Source: Pseudomonadota bacterium (GTDB lineage: Bacteria > Bdellovibrionota_B > Oligoflexia > Silvanigrellales > Silvanigrellaceae). From it: a stretch of DNA of 64,000 nucleotides. A model generated the notes under the pieces. The model worked only from the letters and a program-made list of their open reading frames with translations, had not been told where the DNA came from and did no database searches. Positions 38,564 to 48,089 of the stretch are shown piece by piece. The position numbers were made by a program, and so were the translations under genes. Positions within the stretch are counted from its first letter, which is position 1, and the number at the start of each line of letters is the position of its first letter. Location of the stretch: positions 76,802 through 140,801 of the forward strand of contig JBDLRP010000034.1 in assembly GCA_039799905.1 (NCBI GenBank), read 5' to 3'.

Positions 38564-40282
38564 TCAGTTCATAGGAAGCAAATGAGAAATTGTTCCCTGT
38601 CCTGTATCGCATAGTGCAAAGATGCCATGAGTTGTTTCGACATTCCAGCCTGCGGACTGACAAACTTCCGATACCTCGACAGGAATAAGCAATATAGAGC
38701 GTTGTTCCTCCTGCATGACGGATTCGCCCTGATAAATGCCCGCCATGCGTTTTCTGTGTGGTGTTTGAGGAAGTAATCTGATCAGTGGTTCCAGCTTGGG
38801 AAGATAAAAGAGTTGCGTCTGCCGGGGGAGGGTTGTGATCGATGATTCCAGCGCGTGCCATATAAATCGACCGCGCAGTTCATTCGCGAAGTAAAGAAAC
38901 GCGACAACCGAGCAGAGCGCAAAATGAGCGAACTTGGCTGCGCGCGATTTGTTACCTGTATTTCCACAACGCAGTGAGCCATAAAAAAAGTAAGCGCCGA
39001 TCATTGTTAAGAACACCGTTGTCAGACAGAGAAACGGAAAGCTTTTCCAGAGACGTTCCAGTCCATAGACCGTTGCGGCAAGGTCTGGCACCGCGCGGGT
39101 TGTGGGAGAAAGGAGAAGTATGATGCCGATGATCAGTGCCGATAGCAGGCCTGTAGCAAACACCCAGAGGAGTGAATTTGCAAGACTCAGAAAAAGCGTT
39201 TTAGTCTGAGTTTTTGCCTGCGGTGTTTGATAGACGGTCATCAGTGCCAGCAAAAGAACGTCGGCCGCTGCCGGAGTCTTTTGAAAGTAACAAAGCTGCG
39301 CGGCTGCGCTGACGATGAGCATCTGCGTAAAGCTGTCTCGCGATTTGACTGGTAGTGCCACCGAGGCGGCAAATCGGCGCAGGTTGACGAGCCCAAGCCA
39401 AAGACTCAAAACCTTCCAAGGAAGAACCGCACCCTGCCAAACGACCGATATGTATCGTGGTTCATTGAGATGCAGCCATCGTTGTGTGAGATGACCGACG
39501 AGCGTTTCGTAGGAACCGTTCGTCATGAACAAGAAAATAAAAATGGCCGCGAAAACGGAGACGGCGAACGCCGTTTGTTTGACCAGTTGTGCTTTGAACG
39601 GTTGCAGTAGAATCCAAACCAGCGTCGCGGGTGCGATCGAATAAATCCAAGTTCTGGAATGGGCGCAAGCCAGCGCAGATGCGCCGACGGCGAGCCAGCG
39701 CAAGGTTTGGTTGCGGTCCTTGTCGAGTTTTGATGTTGCCGGCGCGGTGCGCGCGATTGATGCAAGTCCGATGAGGATAAAAAGTTGTTCGGCCGCACCC
39801 CAGCGGACAAAAAGCAGCAGTAAAGGGAGCATGACCGCTGTTTGCAGGGGTACCCGTCGTTGCTCAATTGAGCTCAATGGATTGGCGGGTTTCATTCTGA
39901 GAATCAGAAATGCTGTTATTGCCAACTGCAGACACAACAGTCTGTGGGCTGCCAAGTCGGTTTGGCCGATGATTGACGACCAGAACGTGCTGCTGAGTCC
40001 TTGTAAATAGTCGCTGAGTGTTCTGACAAATGAATCGAACCATTGCGCGGAATAGGGTGGTTTTTGCAGCTCAAGCGTTGTTTGTAATGCCGCCGTTTGA
40101 GCGGATGTATCCGACAGATCGATTGTCACGCTTGTTCTTTTGAGGGATGCTAGATGAAAGATCTCATTCCATGTAACCGGTGGCCTGAAGAGCGTGAGAA
40201 ACGAGCCAATGATTAAAAACAATCCAGCGAAGCGTTGCCATGCGACGCTGCGTAGATTTTTTTGTGTATCGGCTTCTGCCAT
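38564..40282 (-). CDS. Polytopic membrane protein of unknown function
   Basis: About 12-13 hydrophobic segments and a soluble C-terminal tail; start set at ATG 40282 (MAEADTQ) to avoid overlap. Confidence 0.65.
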   Translation of the reverse strand: MAEADTQKNLRSVAWQRFAGLFLIIGSFLTLFRPPVTWNEIFHLASLKRTSVTIDLSDTSAQTAALQTTLELQKPPYSAQWFDSFVRTLSDYLQGLSSTFWSSIIGQTDLAAHRLLCLQLAITAFLILRMKPANPLSSIEQRRVPLQTAVMLPLLLLFVRWGAAEQLFILIGLASIARTAPATSKLDKDRNQTLRWLAVGASALACAHSRTWIYSIAPATLVWILLQPFKAQLVKQTAFAVSVFAAIFIFLFMTNGSYETLVGHLTQRWLHLNEPRYISVVWQGAVLPWKVLSLWLGLVNLRRFAASVALPVKSRDSFTQMLIVSAAAQLCYFQKTPAAADVLLLALMTVYQTPQAKTQTKTLFLSLANSLLWVFATGLLSALIIGIILLLSPTTRAVPDLAATVYGLERLWKSFPFLCLTTVFLTMIGAYFFYGSLRCGNTGNKSRAAKFAHFALCSVVAFLYFANELRGRFIWHALESSITTLPRQTQLFYLPKLEPLIRLLPQTPHRKRMAGIYQGESVMQEEQRSILLIPVEVSEVCQSAGWNVETTHGIFALCDTGQGTISHLLPMN

Positions 40283-40295
40283 CCGTGTCGTTCTC

Positions 40296-41852
40296 GTGAG
40301 AGCGTTGTTGGTATTTTTGACCGCTCTGAATATTACAGGACAAGCTGCGGAAAAAGCCACTCCGGCGTCCGTCCAGAGTAAAACCGGAATGAATTTGCAT
40401 TCTGTGCTGACCTTGGCCGAGCCAGAGTTGAGTGTGTTGCAGTGGCAGCAGGTCAGTTTGGGAGACGCGCATCCCCGGCTCGCTCCCCTTTTCGATGTTC
40501 GCAAATTGATAGGGGTCGCAAAGCCTGTTCAGCCTGCAGCTCAGCAGGGGGCGTCAGACATTGGCGGCTACCTGTTTAATCCCGAGTCGTACACCGCTGT
40601 TGAGCCGCGTCTGAACCGATTGGTCAATCGTTCGCGTATTCAGCTTTTGCCAGGCAGTCAGCAGCGTGCCTATTTTGGTCTCCTGCATTCGCATACATTT
40701 TCATCCGACGGGATGGGCGACGCGCGTGACGCCTTTCGCATGGCGCGTGATGTGGCTTCTTTGGATTTCTTTGCAGTCACTGACCACGCGGAATACTGGT
40801 GGAAGAAATCTTCCAGCGAATGGCAGCGTCAACAAGCCATTGCTCGAGAAGAGACGCGGGCAGACTTCATTGCTCTCAGTGGATTTGAATATAGCCATCC
40901 TGTGCAGGGGCATGTGGTGGTTCTCAATTCCAAAGGATGGATTAGTTTTCTGCAGGCGGGTTCGCTGCAAGGTTTTTTTGACTGGCTTGCGACACCGCAG
41001 CAATCCGAGGCGCTGGCCATTTTTGCGCACCCCGGTTTTCATACCTACAGAAACTGGTTTGATTTGCGTCATTTTAAACTTGATTCACGAGTCCGACAGC
41101 ATTTTGTGGGTGTTGAAACCATACACAAGAATGTCTGGCGAAAGTCGTTGCGCGGCTATGGTGGGCGGGTCTCGCATCTCGATGAGGCGCTTTCTGCGGG
41201 GTGGTGGCTTGGCCCGCTTGCATCGCAAGACAATCACACTCCTTCGTGGGGCGTCGCAGATCATGGCCGCATTGCGGTTCTGCTTGATGAGCTTTCAAAG
41301 GAATCGTTGTTGTCCGCTCTTTCAAAGAGGCGCTTCTACAGTACGCAGAGTCCCCAGCTTCAGCTGGCGCTGGGATTGTACGATGCGCGCGGGCTGCGTG
41401 GGCAAATGGGTGACTCGTTGAATCGTGATGAATTGAGCGAAGGCGAGGTTTTCTTGCGGCTGCGCATCCTTGAGCCCAATCCACTGACGCCTCCGCAGAG
41501 AATCGAATTCCTGATCAACGGTCGATTGAGTCGCGAACTGACGTTTCTAGATAATCCATCGCCCGCAAATGAGATGGGTTTTCTTGCCGAAAAGGCGCAC
41601 CGATCGTCATGGTTGCAGCGTCTCATTAACAATGGGCTAGTCACGGTGTCTCCGTTTGAGACGGTATTGAACATCCGCGAGCCAGCAGAGCCGGAAATTT
41701 TCGATGTGCACGTTCCCGTGACTTTGTTGCCATGCCCACAGAAAAAGCGCCCCGCGGTAGCATCATTGGCATCTGTTGTTGTGCGTTTCTATCAGGGCGA
41801 TAGAGGGCAATATATGACCCAAACTTCGCCGCTCACAGTTGTTTGTCGGTGA
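40296..41852 (+). CDS. Secreted PHP-family metallohydrolase (CehA/McbA-like)
   Basis: YFGLLHSHTFSSDG, LDFFAVTDH, GFEY...GHVVV, AHPG, SQDNH, RRFYST; GTG 40296 gives a signal peptide (alternative ATG 40389). Confidence 0.85.
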   Translation: MRALLVFLTALNITGQAAEKATPASVQSKTGMNLHSVLTLAEPELSVLQWQQVSLGDAHPRLAPLFDVRKLIGVAKPVQPAAQQGASDIGGYLFNPESYTAVEPRLNRLVNRSRIQLLPGSQQRAYFGLLHSHTFSSDGMGDARDAFRMARDVASLDFFAVTDHAEYWWKKSSSEWQRQQAIAREETRADFIALSGFEYSHPVQGHVVVLNSKGWISFLQAGSLQGFFDWLATPQQSEALAIFAHPGFHTYRNWFDLRHFKLDSRVRQHFVGVETIHKNVWRKSLRGYGGRVSHLDEALSAGWWLGPLASQDNHTPSWGVADHGRIAVLLDELSKESLLSALSKRRFYSTQSPQLQLALGLYDARGLRGQMGDSLNRDELSEGEVFLRLRILEPNPLTPPQRIEFLINGRLSRELTFLDNPSPANEMGFLAEKAHRSSWLQRLINNGLVTVSPFETVLNIREPAEPEIFDVHVPVTLLPCPQKKRPAVASLASVVVRFYQGDRGQYMTQTSPLTVVCR

Positions 41853-41879
41853 GGGGCCTCCCCTGCGCGAGCGGGTGGT

Positions 41880-42230
41880 TTATTGTCTTGCACTCCACTT
41901 TGGTTTGATTTTGATGATTTTTTTGGGGCTATTGCTGTTCAATTTGCCTGCTGAGGAAGGTTGCTCGATGGGCTTTGTCGGTGTTTCGTTGACAATCACA
42001 ACGTCCTCTGTCGAAACAATGGTCACAGAGTTGTAGTCATGCAAGTCATTGCTGCGTGAATCCTCTGTCACCGGTTTTTCCTGAGTCAGTTGTCTGTCTA
42101 TTTCCTCGGTGCTGAAGATGGCTTCGTCTTCTTCAAGGCTGTAGTCCCTGTTCGGATTGAAATCCTGGCCGCATGCGTTCAAACAGAATGCACTCAGCAG
42201 GGTGGCGATAAGGCTAGTTGTGATTCTCAT
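41880..42230 (-). CDS. Small hypothetical lipoprotein
   Basis: SD ggaggt; lipobox LNAC; acidic body and Lys-rich tail. Confidence 0.7.
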   Translation of the reverse strand: MRITTSLIATLLSAFCLNACGQDFNPNRDYSLEEDEAIFSTEEIDRQLTQEKPVTEDSRSNDLHDYNSVTIVSTEDVVIVNETPTKPIEQPSSAGKLNSNSPKKIIKIKPKWSARQ

Positions 42231-42408
42231 GGACAGACCTCCGAAGTGATTTTGTCTTCTACTATGACATTTCGGAGTTTTAATTTTCTTTATTATAGGG
42301 CGTAATGACGGAAAATAAGTAAGATTAATGATTATATACTGTTATGGTTTAAAAATAATATTTTAAGAATGCCAAAGAGTAATGAGATGCCCGTGTGAAT
42401 GATTACTT

Positions 42409-44106
42409 TTATGGGCGTGGGCGAAGCTGCGGACGCGACATAAAGAGAAGCAGCGCTGTTCCGAGGAATCCCAGAATGATGAGGGGCACATCACCCACAC
42501 GTGCATAGAGAGTTCTGTTTTCCATGACGGGAAGCCGCGCAATTGCGAAGCCTCGTGACATCAGACCGAGCATTTGCGTTGCAGGCTCACCGGTTGGCGT
42601 GAGAGCCACACTCGGCCCCGTGTTGGCCGCCAAAACAAAACTGCGCCCGTTTTCGATGGCTCGAAAACGTCCGAGCTGCAAAAACTCAAACGCCGCGTTG
42701 CTCTTCCACATCCATAGAAAATTTGCCTGATTCACGTATATGGCGGCGTTGCCGAGTGTGGACTGTGCGCGCGTCAGGTCGGCCGAAATTGCATCGAAGC
42801 AGATGAGCGGAGCTACAGAATCGAATGGTGTGTAGGCTAGTGCATCGTAGGATGTTCCGCGGCCAACTTTGGAGACGTTGTTGACGTTGTCGCGGACGAT
42901 GTCCCCGAGCCAAGGAAACTTTTCCTCGAGCGGCACAGACTCGCCAAAAGGCATGGGAATCCACTTCTTGAATTTTTGACTGACCGATCCGTCGGTTCTC
43001 AGCAAAAAAGACACCGAATACATCGTCGCCTTTCGCGCGCCCAGCGTGTTGAGCTCGTCTTTGTCGAACTCCGATGCCTGGACGAGAACCGGCGCTTTCC
43101 ATTCTTGGATTTTTTTTCTGACTATCTCCTGCTCGTCCTGCGACCAGGCAAAATCGAATGGGGCAACGCTTTCAGGCCAGACAATCAAATCAACTTTGTT
43201 GTTTTCACCGGCGCTGGCCATCATCTCGTCCGTCAATTCAAGCAACGAGGTGGTTGATTGAAGGACTGCTTCCTTCGCAAGATTCTGATTGCGCGGCAGT
43301 CCGGGGAAGCGGAAATTGGGTTGTACAAATCCAACTGTGGTTGTGCGCGCTTTTTCCTGCTCGGCTCGTTGCGATTTCAAACGCTCATTGCCGATTGCAA
43401 AGATCGCCAGCCAGGCAACAGCTGTTGAACTCAGGGTGATGGCAAAGCGTCCGGGGTTGCGTGCAGGATCTGTGAAAGCTTTGGCCAGCACGAAATTGCT
43501 TGCCAGCACGAACAATGTAAGCCCCGATGAACCAATCCACGCCGCCCATTGTGAAACCGACAGTGATCCGTGCATGAGATTGCCATAGGTCCAGTGAAAA
43601 AATCGCGGGATAAAAAGCTCAAGCAATGCTATGACAGGGACAATCGCCCAGATGGGAAACGGTGCTACACCACGTTTGGAGCATCGTGCGGCATTCCATA
43701 TGAGCGGAAAGAACAACAGAGGAAAATAGAGTCCCGCCAGAATGCAATAAACCACAAACAAGAGATGACTGATGAGCGGCGACAGCTCACCGAACAGGAC
43801 TGCCGGAACAGTCACCCAGTTGAATGCCACTGACGTCAGCGCCGCGCCGGCGATCCAAACGAGGACGAAAGCTTCAAGCCCGCGTGTGAAGGGTGTGACT
43901 TGTCGCAGTGTGGTCGAGTGGGCGCGCGCGGGCGACTGGTAGGTTGTGGGCAATCGTTCAATCGCAATCAGCAGGGGAACCAGCGCAAAGGGAATCACCC
44001 AAGCCTGCGGTGCGTTGACTGTAAAGTCGCGCGGAAAGCCAAGAGACGTCAAAAGTCCGCTGATGATGGCCGCCAGAATGCTCCATATTTTCGGGTATCT
44101 CAACAT
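42409..44106 (-). CDS. lnt: Apolipoprotein N-acyltransferase
   Basis: N-terminal TM helices, VQPN, nitrilase triad VWPES / KKW..PFGE.VP / PLICFD, RAIENGR...AANTG.S. Confidence 0.92.
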   Translation of the reverse strand: MLRYPKIWSILAAIISGLLTSLGFPRDFTVNAPQAWVIPFALVPLLIAIERLPTTYQSPARAHSTTLRQVTPFTRGLEAFVLVWIAGAALTSVAFNWVTVPAVLFGELSPLISHLLFVVYCILAGLYFPLLFFPLIWNAARCSKRGVAPFPIWAIVPVIALLELFIPRFFHWTYGNLMHGSLSVSQWAAWIGSSGLTLFVLASNFVLAKAFTDPARNPGRFAITLSSTAVAWLAIFAIGNERLKSQRAEQEKARTTTVGFVQPNFRFPGLPRNQNLAKEAVLQSTTSLLELTDEMMASAGENNKVDLIVWPESVAPFDFAWSQDEQEIVRKKIQEWKAPVLVQASEFDKDELNTLGARKATMYSVSFLLRTDGSVSQKFKKWIPMPFGESVPLEEKFPWLGDIVRDNVNNVSKVGRGTSYDALAYTPFDSVAPLICFDAISADLTRAQSTLGNAAIYVNQANFLWMWKSNAAFEFLQLGRFRAIENGRSFVLAANTGPSVALTPTGEPATQMLGLMSRGFAIARLPVMENRTLYARVGDVPLIILGFLGTALLLFMSRPQLRPRP

Positions 44107-44177
44107 TGTCTGCTTTCATGTCCGGAGTTTGAGAAAATTCACCCTATATGTAACATGGTGCAAGCGGAGGTCAAAAC

Positions 44178-45443
44178 ATGACTCAATCATTCCCTTCTTC
44201 CTCACTCGTGACTCATGCGCGGGTACCTGTTCTCGCTGCGTTTGGTCTTTTCTCAATTGCTGTCAGTGCCGGAGCATTTGCATCCACGAAAAGCAGCAAA
44301 AATGTTGCTGATACAAAGGCAGCCATCGAGTCGGTGGAATCAGAGAAGGATACTGCGGCGGACAATCTTCAAGGGCAAAAGCCCTACGCGAGCTTCACGC
44401 GCCTCCGTCACGACTTTGGTGATATCACGCGCGGGCAGAAGGTTTCTTTTGCGTTTGAATTTCAGAACACTGGCAGCGGTGTGCTGCAGATTCGCTCCAT
44501 TCACGCAGCCTGTGGTTGTGTCAATACACGAATTGAACCCAAGGATGTTTTTCAGCCGGGTGAAAAAGGCAAGATATCGTTCGAGTTCGACTCGTCGTAT
44601 TTTTCTGGTCAAATCGTCCGCACTTTGACGCTCGATACAAACCAGACGCGCAATTCAACCCAGACCCTGACATTCACCGCAAACGTGCGCGAGGAGATTC
44701 GCTCTGTGCCCGCATTGCTGGGCGTCGGCGAAATTTTGCCCGAGTATAATAAGGCATGGTTGATTCAATTGCCGACGGCTTTGCGTGCGGCTGGCAATGA
44801 GCCTGAGTCGCTGCCGGCAGGTGCCGAAAAAGCCGGAGTGCCCTCGGCAGTTATGGGGCAGCTCAGGGATGCAACCGAGGTCAAGCCGATTTTTGTGACT
44901 TCAAGTCATCCGGCGATTGCGGCCGAGATTGTTCCACCGGCGACAAAGGGCAGTGACTACCAATTGAAGGTAACCTTCAAAGGAAATCTACCCATAGGTG
45001 CGCTGCGCGAAAAAGTGACTGTTTGGAATTCGTCGCGCTATCTGAAGGAACTCATTGTGCCGATCTACGGAGAGGTTGTCGGTCACGTCAAACAAAGCGC
45101 AAAATATGTTGAATTCGGTGTTGTCACTCGCCCCGATGCAGTCCGGCGAACGTTGACGTTCAGCTCCGATCGCAAAGACTTTCTTGTTGAGAGCGTGAGC
45201 GCAGAACTGCGCCGCACGGATGCGCTCGAAGGGGTTTCCATTGCAGACATCTTGAAATATTCTTCGGTCCGCAGTGGCGAATCGACTCAGGTAAACTTTG
45301 AATTGCGCTATCCGGAAGCCCTCACTGCGTCGTTCTTGCCCGTCAATGCTTCAGGCGTGTTTATCATCAAAACAAACGATCCCGATTACAAAGAAGTGAA
45401 GGTGCCGTTTTTTGGAGTCCTCCGTCAGGAGAATAAGCGATGA
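44178..45443 (+). CDS. DUF1573 (Ig-like) domain secreted protein
   Basis: Signal peptide; HDFGDI...FEFQNTG..LQI..IHAACGC...PGEKGKI; repeated Ig-like modules ending in TNDP. Confidence 0.85.
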   Translation: MTQSFPSSSLVTHARVPVLAAFGLFSIAVSAGAFASTKSSKNVADTKAAIESVESEKDTAADNLQGQKPYASFTRLRHDFGDITRGQKVSFAFEFQNTGSGVLQIRSIHAACGCVNTRIEPKDVFQPGEKGKISFEFDSSYFSGQIVRTLTLDTNQTRNSTQTLTFTANVREEIRSVPALLGVGEILPEYNKAWLIQLPTALRAAGNEPESLPAGAEKAGVPSAVMGQLRDATEVKPIFVTSSHPAIAAEIVPPATKGSDYQLKVTFKGNLPIGALREKVTVWNSSRYLKELIVPIYGEVVGHVKQSAKYVEFGVVTRPDAVRRTLTFSSDRKDFLVESVSAELRRTDALEGVSIADILKYSSVRSGESTQVNFELRYPEALTASFLPVNASGVFIIKTNDPDYKEVKVPFFGVLRQENKR

Positions 45444-45691
45444 GCGAAAATACTCAGCAAAGCATCCCGACGGCAGCTGAATCACCTGCGGCACCTGCTG
45501 CGGCGCAGGCTCCCGTGGCACAGGTGCTCACTCGTGTGCACAAACTTGATTCAATTCCTGAACGTTCATTTTGGTTTGGTCATATTATCTTCACGGTTCT
45601 TGCGCTCGCCGGTTTGGTGTTTATCTTATGGGCGCGCGGCCCGCGTCGGCATGATGCCATTGTCAGCAGCGCATCCGAAGGAAAGGAATGA
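45440..45691 (+). CDS. Small single-pass membrane protein
   Basis: SD ggag, ATGA overlap with the upstream gene, one TM helix. Confidence 0.7.
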   Translation: MSENTQQSIPTAAESPAAPAAAQAPVAQVLTRVHKLDSIPERSFWFGHIIFTVLALAGLVFILWARGPRRHDAIVSSASEGKE

Positions 45692-45694
45692 ATC

Positions 45695-46378
45695 GTGGGA
45701 CTTCTTGACGCATGGCGTGGATATCGTGCCAACCAAAAAAGCAGGTCGTTGGAAAAGCTCGGCGACACGCTGAAAAATCAGGTGACGACCAAAGAACAGC
45801 GTTGGGAGGCTATCGAGGCACTTGCCGATGCTGGCGATTTTGCCCTTGCCGCTCCGCAGCTGATGAAACGCTTCGAATTGGTGGTTGACCACGGAATTGT
45901 CGATAAACGTGAAAAAGATCGTGTGACTGAAATTCTCCTCGAGAACAAGGATGTCGCCTGTCCGCTGGTTTGTGAGGCGGTTCGCACGCAGAAGCGCATT
46001 TCCTGGCCTGTAAAGCTGGCGGAAAAGATGCTCAGTCCGGAAGACTATCTTCAGCTTCTTCTCGAGAGCCTCAACACGGATCACGTTCTCTTTGATGAAG
46101 TGGTTCACGAGCGCAATATTGAAATTTTGCTTGCCCTGAAAGAAATATCCGATGCCCGCATCGTCGGCAAAACCAGTCAGCTGGTGCGCAGTCGCGATGA
46201 ACAGGTGCGCATGGCCGCATTGGAGTGTCTGGAGTCTCAGGCACGCGATCATGGCGAGGCCCGCGATTGTCTTCTGAGTCTCTTGGCAGAGCCTCCAACC
46301 GATGATAACTCACGGTTCATCGGTCTGGTAAAGGCAATTGTCGCCCGTCATAAATGGGAGACATCCGGTCCGAAATAA
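45695..46378 (+). CDS. HEAT-repeat protein
   Basis: Helical repeats QRWEAIEAL and DEQVRMAALECL; tight operon spacing. Confidence 0.72.
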   Translation: MGLLDAWRGYRANQKSRSLEKLGDTLKNQVTTKEQRWEAIEALADAGDFALAAPQLMKRFELVVDHGIVDKREKDRVTEILLENKDVACPLVCEAVRTQKRISWPVKLAEKMLSPEDYLQLLLESLNTDHVLFDEVVHERNIEILLALKEISDARIVGKTSQLVRSRDEQVRMAALECLESQARDHGEARDCLLSLLAEPPTDDNSRFIGLVKAIVARHKWETSGPK

Positions 46379-46392
46379 GGACTCCATCGGCA

Positions 46393-46803
46393 ATGCAACG
46401 AGCCCACAAAAGTTCATTTCTACGCGGGCTGGGACACTTGGCCCTCGTGGTAGACGACCTCGAAAAAGCGCGCTGGTTTTTTTCTGACGTTTTGGGAGCA
46501 GATGTTGAACCTTGGCGTGGAACGCAACTGTTGATTCACGTCGGCCCGGATCTGCTGGTGGCAAAACTTTCTTCGGATGCCATCGATCAGCGCCGCCAGC
46601 AGGGTGACTTCGGTCGTCAAGTTCTCGATCATTATGGTTTCATGGCAGACAGCCCTTCGCAGGTCGATGTTCTTGCCGAACGGGTGCGCTCTGCGGGTCT
46701 CGAAATCATCAAAGGGCCCTACGACCGCTCGGATGGCCGGAGTATTTACTTCCGCGATCCATTTGGAAATCTGGTCGAGTACTTGTTTTACAAACCATCA
46801 TAA
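46393..46803 (+). CDS. VOC/glyoxalase family protein
   Basis: LGHLALVVDDLEKARWFFSDVLG, LDHYGF, SIYFRDPFGNLVE. Confidence 0.92.
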   Translation: MQRAHKSSFLRGLGHLALVVDDLEKARWFFSDVLGADVEPWRGTQLLIHVGPDLLVAKLSSDAIDQRRQQGDFGRQVLDHYGFMADSPSQVDVLAERVRSAGLEIIKGPYDRSDGRSIYFRDPFGNLVEYLFYKPS

Positions 46804-46859
46804 AAATCCTCCGTTAGTTGTAAAAATGTTCGAAAAAACATCCTAAAAGTGAGCGATCA

Positions 46860-48089
46860 ATGTCAGAGCAGTTTCAACAAATTCTTCTCCTCGTCGGCGT
46901 TATTGCGGTTGTTGGAGTGGCGGCCTTTCTGATTGGCAGACGCAGCGCACGACGTCATTCGGCTCAGCTGCCCCCTTCAGCAGAACCGAGCACTCGGGAA
47001 TCTGCAACTGTTTTGCCTGTGGAGCATGATGAAAAATCTGTTTCAGGCGCGGCGCGCGAGGACGTGGCACCCGTGGTTCATGCTGCCCCGCCTGCCGCAC
47101 CTGCGGTCAGTTGGTTGAGCAGGCTCTCGTCGGGACTCAGCAAAACGCAAAATCAACTCGTCCGGCAGCTGGATGCTCTGTTCACCTCGCAAAGTGAAAA
47201 GGCCTCGCGTGAGGCCATTCTTGATGGAATGCTGGAAGTGCTTGTGCGCGCCGACGTAGGTATCCGTACGGCGGAACTATTGATTGAGAAGGTTAGGCAT
47301 GAGCTGGCGTCATCCGACCTTTCGGATGCGCAGGCCGTCAAAGACGTTCTGCGCAGAGAGATGCTTCGGCTGCTGCGCATCGGTGACGAGTGGAGCCTGC
47401 TCAGCACGGAGCGCCGTCCAACTGTCGTTCTGATGGTTGGAGTCAACGGTGTTGGCAAGACAACCACCAGCGGTAAACTTGCCTTTAAAGAGCGGCAGCT
47501 TGGCAAGAGTGTGATCGTCGGTGCCGCCGACACATTCCGCGCCGCGGCTGTCGATCAACTCGAGGAATGGGCACGTCGGGCAGGCGCCGAGTGTGTGCGG
47601 CTTTCCGAAGGAGCGGATCCGGCGTCGGTGGCATTTGAGTGCGTGAAAAGGGCGGTTGCCCAGCAGATGGATCTGTGTCTGATAGACACCGCAGGGCGTC
47701 TCCACAACCGGCAGGACCTGATGCAGGAACTCGCCAAAATCAAGCGTGTGACCAGCCGCGATGTGGCTGGAGCGCCGCATGAGGTGCTGCTCGTCCTCGA
47801 TGCGACGACCGGCCAAAACGCTTTGCAACAGGCTAAAGCATTCCGTGAAATTGCCGGAGTTACAGGTCTGGTACTGACGAAGCTCGATGGAACTGCCAAG
47901 GGAGGAGTGGCTGTGGCCCTCGCTCACGAAATGCAGATACCCATTCGTTATATCGGTGTGGGCGAGAGTGTTGACGACCTGCAGCCGTTTTCGGCTGACG
48001 AATTTGTCGATGCGCTGTTTGCGCCTCACAGCTCCCAGATGGCCGAAAGTACATCGCGGTCGGCTGCGACAGGAAGTGCGACGTTCTGA
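46860..48089 (+). CDS. ftsY: Signal recognition particle receptor FtsY with N-terminal TM anchor
   Basis: GVNGVGKTTT, DTFRAAA, DTAGRL, DATTGQN, TKLDGTAKGG. Confidence 0.97.
   Translation: MSEQFQQILLLVGVIAVVGVAAFLIGRRSARRHSAQLPPSAEPSTRESATVLPVEHDEKSVSGAAREDVAPVVHAAPPAAPAVSWLSRLSSGLSKTQNQLVRQLDALFTSQSEKASREAILDGMLEVLVRADVGIRTAELLIEKVRHELASSDLSDAQAVKDVLRREMLRLLRIGDEWSLLSTERRPTVVLMVGVNGVGKTTTSGKLAFKERQLGKSVIVGAADTFRAAAVDQLEEWARRAGAECVRLSEGADPASVAFECVKRAVAQQMDLCLIDTAGRLHNRQDLMQELAKIKRVTSRDVAGAPHEVLLVLDATTGQNALQQAKAFREIAGVTGLVLTKLDGTAKGGVAVALAHEMQIPIRYIGVGESVDDLQPFSADEFVDALFAPHSSQMAESTSRSAATGSATF

Noticed and set aside
40194..40504. True 311-bp dual-coding overlap
   Set aside because: Downstream start codons on both strands remove the overlap, and the extensions look non-protein-like.
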